From Sulfurimonas sp. UBA2011 (lineage in GTDB: Bacteria; Campylobacterota; Campylobacteria; Campylobacterales; Sulfurimonadaceae), in contig DDCH01000004.1 in NCBI GenBank assembly GCA_002335055.1, forward strand, positions 215,678-279,677: a stretch of 64,000 nt of DNA, read 5' to 3'. How positions within the stretch are numbered: position 1 is the first letter of the stretch; each line of letters starts with the position of its first letter. The notes under the pieces are model-generated. The model was given only the letters and a program-made list of their open reading frames with translations, ran no database searches and was not told where the DNA came from. Shown piece after piece: positions 9,066-18,422 of this stretch. Position numbers and translations under genes: made by a program.

Positions 9066-9983
9066 TTAGTTAACCGCCTCTGCTGCTGCAACTTTTGCTG
9101 CTTTTCTTGCTTTTCTTGCTACTTTTTCTTCGCCTTCAACACGCTCGATTACTATTTTAGCTTCATCAGTCATATACTCATCAAATTTGAATCTACCTTT
9201 ACCAAGCTCAATAGCATCAGCAAAAACATCTTCAGTAGGAATAGAATACTCAATGTTACAAGAAGTGTAAGCATGAATAAAAGTTGGACCAACTTCACGT
9301 GCAACGAAGATTGCTCTTCTAATAACTTTTGCAGCTTGTTTGATGTTAGTTGGTGACATTCTTACAATGTAAACACAACCAGCAGCTTTAGCTAAATCAG
9401 TCGCAGGCATTTTCTCGAAGTCTTTACCCATTGGAGCCATCTTAAGAACAGCACCTTTTGGAGACATACCAGATGATTGACCACCAGTGTTTCCGTATAC
9501 TTCATTGTCAAGCATGATTGTAGTAAATCTTTCACCACGAATCCATGAGTGCATAGTCATAGAGAAACCAATATCCATAGTACCACCGTCACCGGCAATA
9601 GTAAGAACATCTTTAGTCTTATCAGGGAAACGTAATCTAAATGCACGAGTAAGACCAGAAGCCATTGCATTTTGATCACCATAGTTACCATAGATAAATG
9701 GAACAGCAGCTTGAGAAATCGCAAGACGACCACAACCAGCAGTACCAATTGTTACTGTTTCTTCCGGGCATGGAAGTGCAGCAAAAATTAATCTAATATA
9801 GTAAGCCATCCAGCAACCTGAACACATAGGGTGCTCTTCCATTAATTCTTTAAACTGACCCATGTTACCTGGACCAGCTTCTTCTTGTGTCTTTCCAAAA
9901 GGACCGAAGTCGATTAACTCAACGTAGTCTTTTGGTAAATATTTCTTAAATCTCTCTGATGGAGTAATATATGCTAAACTCAT
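9066..9983 (-). CDS. 2-oxoacid:ferredoxin oxidoreductase beta subunit (TPP-binding), operon 1
   Basis: It carries the TPP motif GDGGTMDIG...DNEVYGNTGGQ and N-terminal cluster cysteines (CSGC...CP...GC). Confidence 0.9.
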   Translation of the reverse strand: MSLAYITPSERFKKYLPKDYVELIDFGPFGKTQEEAGPGNMGQFKELMEEHPMCSGCWMAYYIRLIFAALPCPEETVTIGTAGCGRLAISQAAVPFIYGNYGDQNAMASGLTRAFRLRFPDKTKDVLTIAGDGGTMDIGFSMTMHSWIRGERFTTIMLDNEVYGNTGGQSSGMSPKGAVLKMAPMGKDFEKMPATDLAKAAGCVYIVRMSPTNIKQAAKVIRRAIFVAREVGPTFIHAYTSCNIEYSIPTEDVFADAIELGKGRFKFDEYMTDEAKIVIERVEGEEKVARKARKAAKVAAAEAVN

Positions 9984-9998
9984 AGTTTTATCCTTTTA

Positions 9999-11183
9999 TT
10001 ATAATTTAATATTGTGCTCAATACCGAGCGCATCGTATAGTTCAACCATGATAAGTTCAACTGGAAGTGTCATACCACCGTAAACTCTTGGACCTTCAAC
10101 AACGATACCACCATTAGGGATAGTCGCTTGAATTTCCTTAGATAACCAACCAATAATGTTGTGCTCAGGAACGATAAGAGCTTTAGCATTTTTAGCAGCT
10201 TCACGGATTTCATCTTTAGGGAAAGGTCTGATTGCTTTAACTTTAATTAAACCAACTGATAAACCTTCCTCTTGTGCGTATCTCCATGCTTCTCTAGCTT
10301 GTGCAGCAGCACAACCAGATGCAACAACAAATACATCAGCTTCAGGGTTTTGAACTTCAATTGGTCCACCAAGATACTCATAGATATATTTCATTGCACG
10401 AGAGTTAGAATCCCAAATCTCTTGTTGCCATACTGAGTGAATTAAATAACTCATAAAGTTTGACTTTTGAACAGGAGCATCACGTTGAATTCTTGCTGGA
10501 GGAGTTTCATTGTCCATTGCTGGAACTGGTGAAGCTACTGGATCAAATTCTTTGTAAACTAAGTCTTCAGACATCATGTCTACATAACCCTTAGCGTGTG
10601 TTACGAAGAAACCTTCTGTAGCAACTGCAACTGGAATATAAACGTCAACTTTTTCAGCAATAGCGAATGCTGCAAGTGTGAAGTCAAATGTATCTTGCTG
10701 ATTTTCAGCATGTAACATAACTGCACCACAATGCATCATATAAGCCATTTCGATATTATCAGGTTGAATTGATAATGGAGCATTAATAACACGAGTAAGG
10801 ATACCAAGTACCGCTGGAACTCTGTGTCCTGGCCATGAAGCGATTGCCTCTAAACCACGGATAAGTCCTGGTCCTGAAGTAGCTGTAAATAGACGAACAC
10901 CAGCTCTTGATGCACCAGCGATTGCTGACATTGTACCAAGCTCTTCTTCCGCTCTATAATACTCTTTAATGTGACCTTGAGCAAAAACATCACCAACAAG
11001 GTGCATAACCTCTGATTGTGGTGTAATTGGGTAAGCAATAGCCATGTCAACATTTGCTCTTTTAACAGCTTCAGACATTGCTTGCGCACCTGTGATGAAG
11101 TGTTTCTCTCTTGGAGCCTCATGTAGAAGATAGTTCATCTCTACTTGTTTTTTATTTAATACTGGTCTTTGAACTGCACTCAT
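9999..11183 (-). CDS. 2-oxoacid:ferredoxin oxidoreductase alpha subunit, operon 1
   Basis: AYPITPQSE, SGPGL and the C-terminal IRPFP segment are typical of KorA/PorA-type alpha subunits. Confidence 0.9.
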   Translation of the reverse strand: MSAVQRPVLNKKQVEMNYLLHEAPREKHFITGAQAMSEAVKRANVDMAIAYPITPQSEVMHLVGDVFAQGHIKEYYRAEEELGTMSAIAGASRAGVRLFTATSGPGLIRGLEAIASWPGHRVPAVLGILTRVINAPLSIQPDNIEMAYMMHCGAVMLHAENQQDTFDFTLAAFAIAEKVDVYIPVAVATEGFFVTHAKGYVDMMSEDLVYKEFDPVASPVPAMDNETPPARIQRDAPVQKSNFMSYLIHSVWQQEIWDSNSRAMKYIYEYLGGPIEVQNPEADVFVVASGCAAAQAREAWRYAQEEGLSVGLIKVKAIRPFPKDEIREAAKNAKALIVPEHNIIGWLSKEIQATIPNGGIVVEGPRVYGGMTLPVELIMVELYDALGIEHNIKL

Positions 11184-11195
11184 TTAATTTCTCCC

Positions 11196-11909
11196 TTATT
11201 CCGCGTCAGTGATATGCTCACCCTTCTTAGTCATGATGAGACTTCTATACTCGCCATAATCAGCAGGTGATAATGTACTGTTGTCCTCTTTTGGTAAAGA
11301 TGGATTTTCAGGTGGTAAAGTAGTTTCCCACTTAATGCCTAATTTATTTCTTTCTTCAATCACTATTTCTTTGAACTTAGCGATATCTGAAGCATGTAAA
11401 TCTCTAATTGATGCCATAGCTTCTTCATGTCCCATATAAGCACATAATGCAACTGTATAACAGTTAGTACCAGCACGAATCATTCTAAGTGTAAGGTTAG
11501 CATAGTGACAATGCACACCAACAAAAATACAAGCTTCGATTCTATTATCAAGGATTGTTAAGTTGGGGTGATTTGGGTTAATCTCAGCCTTAACATCAAT
11601 CTTTGGATATTTAGGTCTGTAATCTGGCATTGGAATAATTTTACAATTAGGAATTTCAGATGCTAGATCTAAAATAGCTGCTGATTTTTCTGCAACATCT
11701 TCTTTCCAGTCCCAAAGAACTTGAGGCCCAGGGAATATTGTTGGATTTTTTCTTGTAAGTAATGCAATAGCTGCATCTCTCATCGCCTCTTCTGGTGTCA
11801 CAGTATTACCATAGAGTAAAGCTGAACCTTCTGGTGCTAGTTCAACCCCCATCGCTGGTGCGGACGTTGGCATATAGCCTGCGGGGCCTACTTCTACTAT
11901 TTTCGTCAT
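11196..11909 (-). CDS. fifth (epsilon-like) subunit of a five-subunit 2-oxoacid:ferredoxin oxidoreductase, operon 1
   Basis: It is the first gene of the operon and a paralogue of 19250..19819, sharing IFPGPQVL, DYRPKYPKID, INPNHPNLT and GVHCHYAN. A subunit of this size accompanies the For/Por five-subunit enzymes of Hydrogenobacter, as I recall. Confidence 0.65.
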   Translation of the reverse strand: MTKIVEVGPAGYMPTSAPAMGVELAPEGSALLYGNTVTPEEAMRDAAIALLTRKNPTIFPGPQVLWDWKEDVAEKSAAILDLASEIPNCKIIPMPDYRPKYPKIDVKAEINPNHPNLTILDNRIEACIFVGVHCHYANLTLRMIRAGTNCYTVALCAYMGHEEAMASIRDLHASDIAKFKEIVIEERNKLGIKWETTLPPENPSLPKEDNSTLSPADYGEYRSLIMTKKGEHITDAE

Positions 11910-12432
11910 ATTAACTCCTTATATTTAATGAAAAAGTTTTGTTTAATACACTCTAATAAGTATATAAAACATTTTAAATTCAATATCTAATTATACATTT
12001 ACAACTAGATATAAAGTCCTACAAAAGAGTATAGCATCAGCTACTCTCTCGAAAAACTTGAATTTGTGCCTAATTGTATCGAAATAATCTTTAAGTAGAT
12101 TAAAATAATCCTCTGAATTTTCTATTAAGGACATAGATACAGTGGATTTAAAAGGAATATAAAGGAGAAAAGAGAGCATAGTATTTCAGATTGTTAGTCT
12201 AATATATGGCTTTAAGCATAGTAAAATAGGGCTTTATCGAAGATATGTTACTTGTTTTGTGACATAGTAGGAGATAGTTCTAAATATCGAGGAAAATGCG
12301 ATTATGTCAGGAGCTTTAAATTGTCTTATGTGGGTATATTCGTTACACTAATATATGGAGAAAAACCATATATTAGCTAGGGTGAGTATATTTGTTACAC
12401 ACTGATATAATAAATGTGTGTTAAAAATCTAC

Positions 12433-12690
12433 TTAACAACCGCAAGAACCACAACTATCTGTACTACAACTATCTTCTGAACCATTATTAGCTGCTACTC
12501 TAATTAAATATTCATTATCATTTGACTTTTCAGCATAAAACATATGTGTTTTACAAAAATCTTCATTCATCATTTCCATGAGACTTATTGTGTATTTGTA
12601 AGCTTCTGGTTGAAATTGAAATGTAGACTCTTTTTTATATTCACTTTTTAGAAAACAAGCACATTCGCGCTCCATTGTAACTGTATACAT
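12433..12690 (-). CDS. small Cys-rich protein, CxC...CxxH family, with CSTDSCGSCGC tail
   Basis: The 85-aa ORF has AAGGA 5-6 nt upstream and a TATAAT hexamer (12728-12733) about 38 nt upstream. It is a paralogue of 12862..13179, sharing MYT..[MI].[RK]ECACF.KS and N..FC..H.F.A. Confidence 0.6.
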   Translation of the reverse strand: MYTVTMERECACFLKSEYKKESTFQFQPEAYKYTISLMEMMNEDFCKTHMFYAEKSNDNEYLIRVAANNGSEDSCSTDSCGSCGC

Positions 12691-12821
12691 AGTGTTCCTT
12701 TTGGGTATTATTAACGAAAGTATAGTTATTATAACTGAAATAGAGGTATTTTTAATATGTAGTTGTGGTTGATAAAGATTTTTTTATTTTAAAGAAGTGA
12801 AAGTTTAGAAAGATATGCAAG

Positions 12822-12840
12822 AAGTGAGGTATACTCACTT
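12822..12840 (-). terminator. putative terminator of the dab operon
   Basis: AAGTGAG-gtata-CTCACTT (7-bp stem) lies 22 nt after the stop of the 105-aa gene and is followed by a moderately T-rich tract. Confidence 0.4.
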
Positions 12841-12861
12841 GTTACATAGTGTACAGTGTGC

Positions 12862-13179
12862 TTAGTTTCCACCAGCATCTTTTGGTGGTTTTTCACCAGC
12901 ATCAAAGCCGATTACAACACCACTTCTACTAACAAGCTCACTTGCTGTCTCAATATCATCTTCATCGTCTTCAATAGGTCTAACATTACTATGAATAATA
13001 ATCTTATCTTGATAGTCAACAGCTTGGAAATAATGCTTCATACAAAAGTTTTGATTCATAAGGCATTCTATAACACGTGCTTTATTAATCATGTCCTCTC
13101 TTGTCTCAAATTCCATATTGTTTTTTATGTCACTTTTTATAAAACAAGCACATTCTTTGTCAATTTCTATTGTATACAT
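12862..13179 (-). CDS. small CxC...CxxH protein, last gene of the dab operon
   Basis: The 105-aa ORF has AAGGAG 5 nt upstream and lies 26 nt after dabA. C10, C12, C46 and H49 are at the same positions as in the 85-aa paralogue. The C-terminus is acidic and Gly/Pro-rich. Confidence 0.6.
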   Translation of the reverse strand: MYTIEIDKECACFIKSDIKNNMEFETREDMINKARVIECLMNQNFCMKHYFQAVDYQDKIIIHSNVRPIEDDEDDIETASELVSRSGVVIGFDAGEKPPKDAGGN

Positions 13180-13205
13180 TTATTCTCCTTGAATATTTTT
13201 TGAAA

Positions 13206-16073
13206 TTATATCTCTTTTATAACAATAAACTCACCATTTTCATAAGAATAGACTTTTTTAGCCTCTCTATCTATGATGACGGGGCGAATCCATTCATTTA
13301 AAATAAATTCTTTTGCGATAGAATTCTCTACTGCTTTACCTACCATTTCTAAAGGTGCCTCAACAAATGAGATAAGACGAACCGGTTCGTGGTATGCTTC
13401 ACCTTCTAAAAATACAGACTGAATAGGTAGCCCAATTTTTAAGTCACTGTAGTTACCACTAAATACACCGACTTTTGATACGACGTTGTGATACACTTTT
13501 GAACCTGCACCATAGACATGGTTATCAACTGTAGAGAAGTAATGTTCTAGATTAATCCACTCACCTACAATTAATGGTCCATCAAAAATAGCTGTAAGAA
13601 TTTCAGCATCTTGGTTATCTACTTTATAGTCATAAGAGTGCATAAAAAATCTATTGTTAAGTTCTAGGTGTTTAGTATAAGACCTTGGCCCTGCAAATAC
13701 ACCCATATTACGTGCTAGTCCCCACTCAGGTCTAGTCTCAGACCAGTCCATAGACTTTATAAGCATCTCTTCTTTTGTGTTTGTAAAAGGAAGAGTTTGT
13801 GATCTCTCCTCACGTGAAAGTTGTGATGCCTTGTTGAAGTCATCTTTAATTTTTGAAAACTTTTCAGACTGTTCATCATTTAAAATTTCAGTATCAAAAA
13901 ACTTAATTTCATCAGTTGATGTAATATGAAGACCAGGCATAAACCTTGTATTTTCTGGAAGATGAATGCCTTTTTCTTTGATTTTTTCTCTAACATCTGG
14001 AGTATTAGCAATCATACAAAGCGCACGTGTGTTTGGTAAACTAATATTTCCACCACAAGCACCACAATCAAGTGCTGATTCAAAAGGATTATTATCAGAA
14101 ACAGATCCATGTCCAATTATTGTAATAAATTCTGGAAAGTTTTTCACCTGTCCAATCATTGTTAAGTATTTATATAGATAAGAAACTTTTTCTTCTAAGG
14201 TAAAACCAACCATAGCAAGCTTTTTCTTTTGGTACTCATAATCTTCTGGTGTAATCTGATATGATGTTTTAAGCTCATCGATCAAAGTGTCAGGTAAGTC
14301 CTTTTTTAATGCTTCATTAAAAAGAAGGTGTTTACGAAGATTTTCTACATCATCATCAGTACAGTTTTTCTTATCATGATCATCTAAAACAGCATGAATA
14401 ATCTTAGTATGCAGTTTTTTAACATAAAATTCAATTTCATCTGATGAGAGTTTATCAAGTGTGTAAGTCGTTTTTGGCTTACTTGGTTTCATCTTAGAAA
14501 AGAACTTGTTTGTTTTGATCGGTGAAAATGTTTTACCAAATAAAGTAATACCAAAAATCCAACCAATGGCTTCTACCATTATATATGGAGTATATGGGTT
14601 GTTCTTTAAGTCACTTAAAACTTTTTTTGTCGTTTTGTAAGTTCCTTTTTTTGAACTGTACTCTTCATGTACTTCAACCGGTAATTCAAATACAACATTT
14701 TGTGGTTTAATGATAGCAGGTGCTAAAAAAAGCTCATGTGCTTTGTCAAACTCTACAAAGGCTATAGGAAGACCAAGAAAACCTCCCGCTCCAAAAGTTT
14801 CATAGGCACCTTGGCTTTCAATTGAGCGGCGCATAACTTCTGAACGAACATCTAAACAAAAAGTTGCTGAGGCTATTGCTTTTTCTTTTACAGGTACAAC
14901 ATTAACAACTTCATCTACATAATGACTAATATATGTGTCTTCTAAAGATTTAAGCCAGATATACCCTTCTTCTTCTCGTAACTTATCTAAAATAGGAGAG
15001 AGCTCAGTTAAAGGAAGTTTACTTTGCAGAACTTCATTTGAGTGTTGAATTTGAAGTGCATCTAAATGTAATTCATTTTTAACATGGTCTGCTAAGACCT
15101 TTGAAGTCTCTTCCTTGTCTTCTAACTCATCTAAAGCTATTCCAAATAGCATATTTTTATGTTTGAGTAGTTGTAAAATTACATCACTTAAGTTTGCTTC
15201 AGCATATGCAGCAAAAATCTTAAAAGTACTAATCTTATTCGTTTTTACTGCTTTGAGTTCATAGTAGAGTCTAATAGCCATATAGTCTATAAGCTCAGAT
15301 GGATACTCTTGTTGTGAAACATTATCTGGATCTTCTGAACGATACTTAATAAATCCTGCCCAACCATGAAGTTTAAGAAGGTGTGTTAAAAAGTAAGACT
15401 CAATGTCCTCTACTTGAAGTTCTTTAAATGCCTCTTCTACAAAACTCTCAGCATTTTTTGGATAATCCACAGCCTCAAAAAGTTTAAAAACCTCAAACAT
15501 ACCTAAGTTTCTGTTTGGCATAGGCATTGTAGTCTGGTCTTCATCTAGAAAACGAGAGATAAATTCAATAATACTCTTTTCAATTCCATCTTTATCATCA
15601 AGCCCAAAGAGTGCATCATTAATCTCATATAGAGTCATGTGTTTGATAAGTTGGGCTAACCATGCTTTCTCATCAGAATATAAAGAGTGTGACTGTAAGT
15701 ATGCATATAAATCATCATCAGTTTTTTCTACTTTAGAAATAAGTTCTACTCTAAGACTTGACCATAAAGGACTTACTTCCATTAAGAACTTCTTAGCAAA
15801 CTCTAAAGGAATATTAAAACCCTTGTCTGTGAGAACTTTTTTGATATTTTCTTCAAATATGCTATCGTTAATTTTACCTTCTTCATAAAGATCTTTGTAA
15901 TATGAAGAGTCCATGTAAACCTGACCACCAAAAATACTTTTAGCCTTACTCAGTCCATCTTTAAAGTGCATGTTTTCAAAACCCTTTAAAGGGTTATGAT
16001 GAATAAACGATCCAATAGGCCAATAATGCGGTACGGTGCTCTTTACAGCATTAAGTTTTTCTATAATACTCAT
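13206..16073 (-). CDS. dabA: DabA (DUF2309 family), catalytic subunit of a DAB inorganic-carbon pump
   Basis: The 955-aa product starts with HYWPIGSFIHHNPL. It has beta-carbonic-anhydrase-like metal-site motifs FCLDVRSE (C-x-D-x-R) and GHGSVSDNNPFESALDCGACGG. It is encoded next to a NuoL-like subunit. Confidence 0.85.
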   Translation of the reverse strand: MSIIEKLNAVKSTVPHYWPIGSFIHHNPLKGFENMHFKDGLSKAKSIFGGQVYMDSSYYKDLYEEGKINDSIFEENIKKVLTDKGFNIPLEFAKKFLMEVSPLWSSLRVELISKVEKTDDDLYAYLQSHSLYSDEKAWLAQLIKHMTLYEINDALFGLDDKDGIEKSIIEFISRFLDEDQTTMPMPNRNLGMFEVFKLFEAVDYPKNAESFVEEAFKELQVEDIESYFLTHLLKLHGWAGFIKYRSEDPDNVSQQEYPSELIDYMAIRLYYELKAVKTNKISTFKIFAAYAEANLSDVILQLLKHKNMLFGIALDELEDKEETSKVLADHVKNELHLDALQIQHSNEVLQSKLPLTELSPILDKLREEEGYIWLKSLEDTYISHYVDEVVNVVPVKEKAIASATFCLDVRSEVMRRSIESQGAYETFGAGGFLGLPIAFVEFDKAHELFLAPAIIKPQNVVFELPVEVHEEYSSKKGTYKTTKKVLSDLKNNPYTPYIMVEAIGWIFGITLFGKTFSPIKTNKFFSKMKPSKPKTTYTLDKLSSDEIEFYVKKLHTKIIHAVLDDHDKKNCTDDDVENLRKHLLFNEALKKDLPDTLIDELKTSYQITPEDYEYQKKKLAMVGFTLEEKVSYLYKYLTMIGQVKNFPEFITIIGHGSVSDNNPFESALDCGACGGNISLPNTRALCMIANTPDVREKIKEKGIHLPENTRFMPGLHITSTDEIKFFDTEILNDEQSEKFSKIKDDFNKASQLSREERSQTLPFTNTKEEMLIKSMDWSETRPEWGLARNMGVFAGPRSYTKHLELNNRFFMHSYDYKVDNQDAEILTAIFDGPLIVGEWINLEHYFSTVDNHVYGAGSKVYHNVVSKVGVFSGNYSDLKIGLPIQSVFLEGEAYHEPVRLISFVEAPLEMVGKAVENSIAKEFILNEWIRPVIIDREAKKVYSYENGEFIVIKEI

Positions 16074-16801
16074 AGTAGTATCTCCTTAAGTCCATATAGA
16101 CTAAACAATAGTAACATACCAACGATAAGCATGTGTGGTATTTTTTCTTTTATTGTCATATGTACATAATGTATGTTTGCGTTTGGTCTTCCAAAAAGTG
16201 TTTTTTTCATTACACCCATAGAAAGAAAAAAGTTACCAAAAAAGAGTGTTATAACAACAGCAAACCAAAGAGGATTCGACTCGCTTCCTAAAATATAGTG
16301 TAGAAAAAAGAGTGAATTTGGAAAAGGTGGATATAGCGCTACTGCAATCAGGTAAAAAGTTAAGTAACTACCAATGTATGGTCTCACTAGTGTGATCCCT
16401 GTTATGTAACGATAATTAGCACTACCATAGTTTTTCTCATAAAATCTTCCTATCAAGTAGAGACCTGAAAGGGATAAAAGAAGAGAAAGACTATATAAAG
16501 AACTCTCTCCTTCATAAAGAACAAAAAATGGAGCATTAACAAATATAAAATAATATGCAAGTTTATAAAAGTTTGTTGTTTTTGTTGCTCTATAGATAGT
16601 AAAGACTGCATTTATGAGTGAAATAATTACAAGTGATGTTTTATGCTCATTTGGTACATACAGTGAAAGCCCAATATTAGATAAAAGTGCAAAAGCACTC
16701 AGTAAAAATATATGCTTACTTTTAATAGCAGGAATTTTTTCCAATATAAGATAATAAGGAACTCCTGCGGCTAATATCAAAAATAGAATATTATAGATCA
16801 T
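16070..16801 (-). CDS. polytopic membrane protein resembling the C-terminal half of an antiporter-like (NuoM/N/L) subunit
   Basis: The 243-aa product has about 7-8 hydrophobic helices. The segment ALYPPFPNSLFFLHYILGSESNPLWFAVVITLFFGNFF recalls the PP.GF..K region of Nuo/Mrp antiporter subunits. Its start overlaps the dabB stop by 11 nt and its stop overlaps the dabA start (ATGA). Confidence 0.65.
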   Translation of the reverse strand: MIYNILFLILAAGVPYYLILEKIPAIKSKHIFLLSAFALLSNIGLSLYVPNEHKTSLVIISLINAVFTIYRATKTTNFYKLAYYFIFVNAPFFVLYEGESSLYSLSLLLSLSGLYLIGRFYEKNYGSANYRYITGITLVRPYIGSYLTFYLIAVALYPPFPNSLFFLHYILGSESNPLWFAVVITLFFGNFFLSMGVMKKTLFGRPNANIHYVHMTIKEKIPHMLIVGMLLLFSLYGLKEILL

Positions 16802-18422
16802 TTTTATTCCTTTTTAGGGCTTTAATAATATTAAAGAAGTAACCTTCTTTTGCTAGAAATTTATAAAATGACCATTTAAGGCTATTTTTGTTTTCGTTAG
16901 TTTTAAGGACTTTTGCAAAGTGTTGTGTATACATAAATAACCACCCTACAATCATAATAGCGGCTAAGATAACAAGTAACATAATAGTAGTTATGTTAAA
17001 TGTTGCTGCTTCATAAAAGAGAATTGCATTTTCTCCGTAGATAAAATGTTCTAATGATAAACCAATAAACTCATATGTAAAAAGAATAATAACAAATGAA
17101 CTTACAAGTGCTAATATAACCTTGAATGAGTCGGCTTTAGATACTTTAAAGAATGAGAGAAAAAGTTGTGTACCAGTTAACCAAGCAAAGGCCAATATAA
17201 TGATAGAAGCATTAAGCTCAAAGAAGTCATCAGTTAATACCATTTTTACACCTACAAAAGTCACAACAGGTAAGATAGTGAAAAAAGCTAAGTAGTTAAA
17301 CAGTTTTTTACTATTACTTTTAATCTTTTCTTCCCAAAAGAGCTCATATGTAAGGCGTTTAGGTAGGTTTGAGTCATGACGCGCTAACTTAATCAATGCT
17401 CCTGACTCTAAAAAGAGTGTAGCTTTGAATATACCATGGACTATGAGGTGATAAATAGCAAGAGAGAAAGCACCAAGGCCTATCTCCATAATCATATATC
17501 CCATCTGTCCAACTGTGGAGTATCCTAAAGAGCGTTTGATATCAGAGACAACAAGCATAATCAAAGAGGCAAAAATTGCTGTTACTAAACCAACTACAAA
17601 AGCGATGTTAAGTACAGCAGGTGCAAGTAGTAAAAGAAAAGCGAGTTTGTTAAGTAAAATTCCTCCTACATTAACTACACCAGCATGCATAACAGCAGAT
17701 ACAGGAGTAGGGGCTTCTGATGTATATGGTAACCAGATATGAAAAGGCATAATAGCTGACTTCATCATAGCCGCTATTAAAAAGAGTAAACCAATAACAA
17801 AAATCATTGGATTATCTACTGGTTCATGCGACATAGCTAACCATTTCTCACTTAATATAGTTAAGTCTAAACTATCAAATGTTTGATATGTTAAGATAAT
17901 AGCGATTATAAAGACTAAATCGGCAGCTTTATGAATTATCATAACCCATTTTGCATTTTTTACAGCAGTGTTTGAGCCGACATTAAATGAAACAAGCAGA
18001 TATAAACTAATACTAAGTAGTTGCCAAGCAAGAGCAAGTACTATAAGGTTGTTACTCATTACAAATAGATATATAGAAGCGAAGATAAAGTTTAAAAGAA
18101 TAAAAAATCTTCTATAACCTGCTTCATCCCACATATACTTAGTTGCATACTTTCTTATGACAAGACCGAGTATAGCAACATAAGGGACTAGTATCGCTGA
18201 GAGTTCATTATATACAAGAAGGCCATCAAAGCCAATAATCTGTGTATCATTACTTATGACATAATATGTACCATACAATGCAAGTAGTGCTATCATACTT
18301 GAAAGCATGATACTAACCCTTGGTATAAGTTCTTTTTTTCCGATAAATAGCAATAAGAATGCTATGAAAATTGGGATACCCGGAATGAGTAATATTATTT
18401 TTTCCACTGTAACTCCTGACAT
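16791..18422 (-). CDS. dabB: DabB (NuoL/ND5-like proton-conducting membrane subunit)
   Basis: The 543-aa product carries KSAIMPFHIWLPYTSEAPTPVSAVMHAGVVNVGG and DIKRSLGYSTVGQMGYM...HGIFKATLFL, the PF00361-type signature as I remember it. Confidence 0.85.
   Translation of the reverse strand: MSGVTVEKIILLIPGIPIFIAFLLLFIGKKELIPRVSIMLSSMIALLALYGTYYVISNDTQIIGFDGLLVYNELSAILVPYVAILGLVIRKYATKYMWDEAGYRRFFILLNFIFASIYLFVMSNNLIVLALAWQLLSISLYLLVSFNVGSNTAVKNAKWVMIIHKAADLVFIIAIILTYQTFDSLDLTILSEKWLAMSHEPVDNPMIFVIGLLFLIAAMMKSAIMPFHIWLPYTSEAPTPVSAVMHAGVVNVGGILLNKLAFLLLLAPAVLNIAFVVGLVTAIFASLIMLVVSDIKRSLGYSTVGQMGYMIMEIGLGAFSLAIYHLIVHGIFKATLFLESGALIKLARHDSNLPKRLTYELFWEEKIKSNSKKLFNYLAFFTILPVVTFVGVKMVLTDDFFELNASIIILAFAWLTGTQLFLSFFKVSKADSFKVILALVSSFVIILFTYEFIGLSLEHFIYGENAILFYEAATFNITTIMLLVILAAIMIVGWLFMYTQHFAKVLKTNENKNSLKWSFYKFLAKEGYFFNIIKALKRNKNDL

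Noticed and set aside
11991-12179. A 62-aa ORF in the spacer upstream of oxidoreductase operon 1.
   Set aside because: It has no SD sequence, low-complexity AT-driven composition and no motif. It lies in what must be promoter DNA and is probably spurious.
12348-12376. A perfect 11-bp inverted repeat, CTAATATATGG-n7-CCATATATTAG, downstream of the 85-aa gene. The 16-bp palindrome at 18666-18681 is in the same category.
   Set aside because: Both are AT-rich. By my estimate the chance expectation is about 0.4 and about 2 per window respectively. No T-run follows, so they are not convincing terminators. I kept them only as weak operator candidates inside the control-region finding.
8086-12393. 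The 14-mer AAATATACTCACCC (8086-8099) recurs as its reverse complement at 12380-12393. I considered it a possible dispersed repeat element.
   Set aside because: By my estimate, dozens of 14-mer coincidences are expected by chance in 64 kb at this base composition; the expected longest random repeat is about 17 nt. There is no extended similarity beyond the 14 nt.
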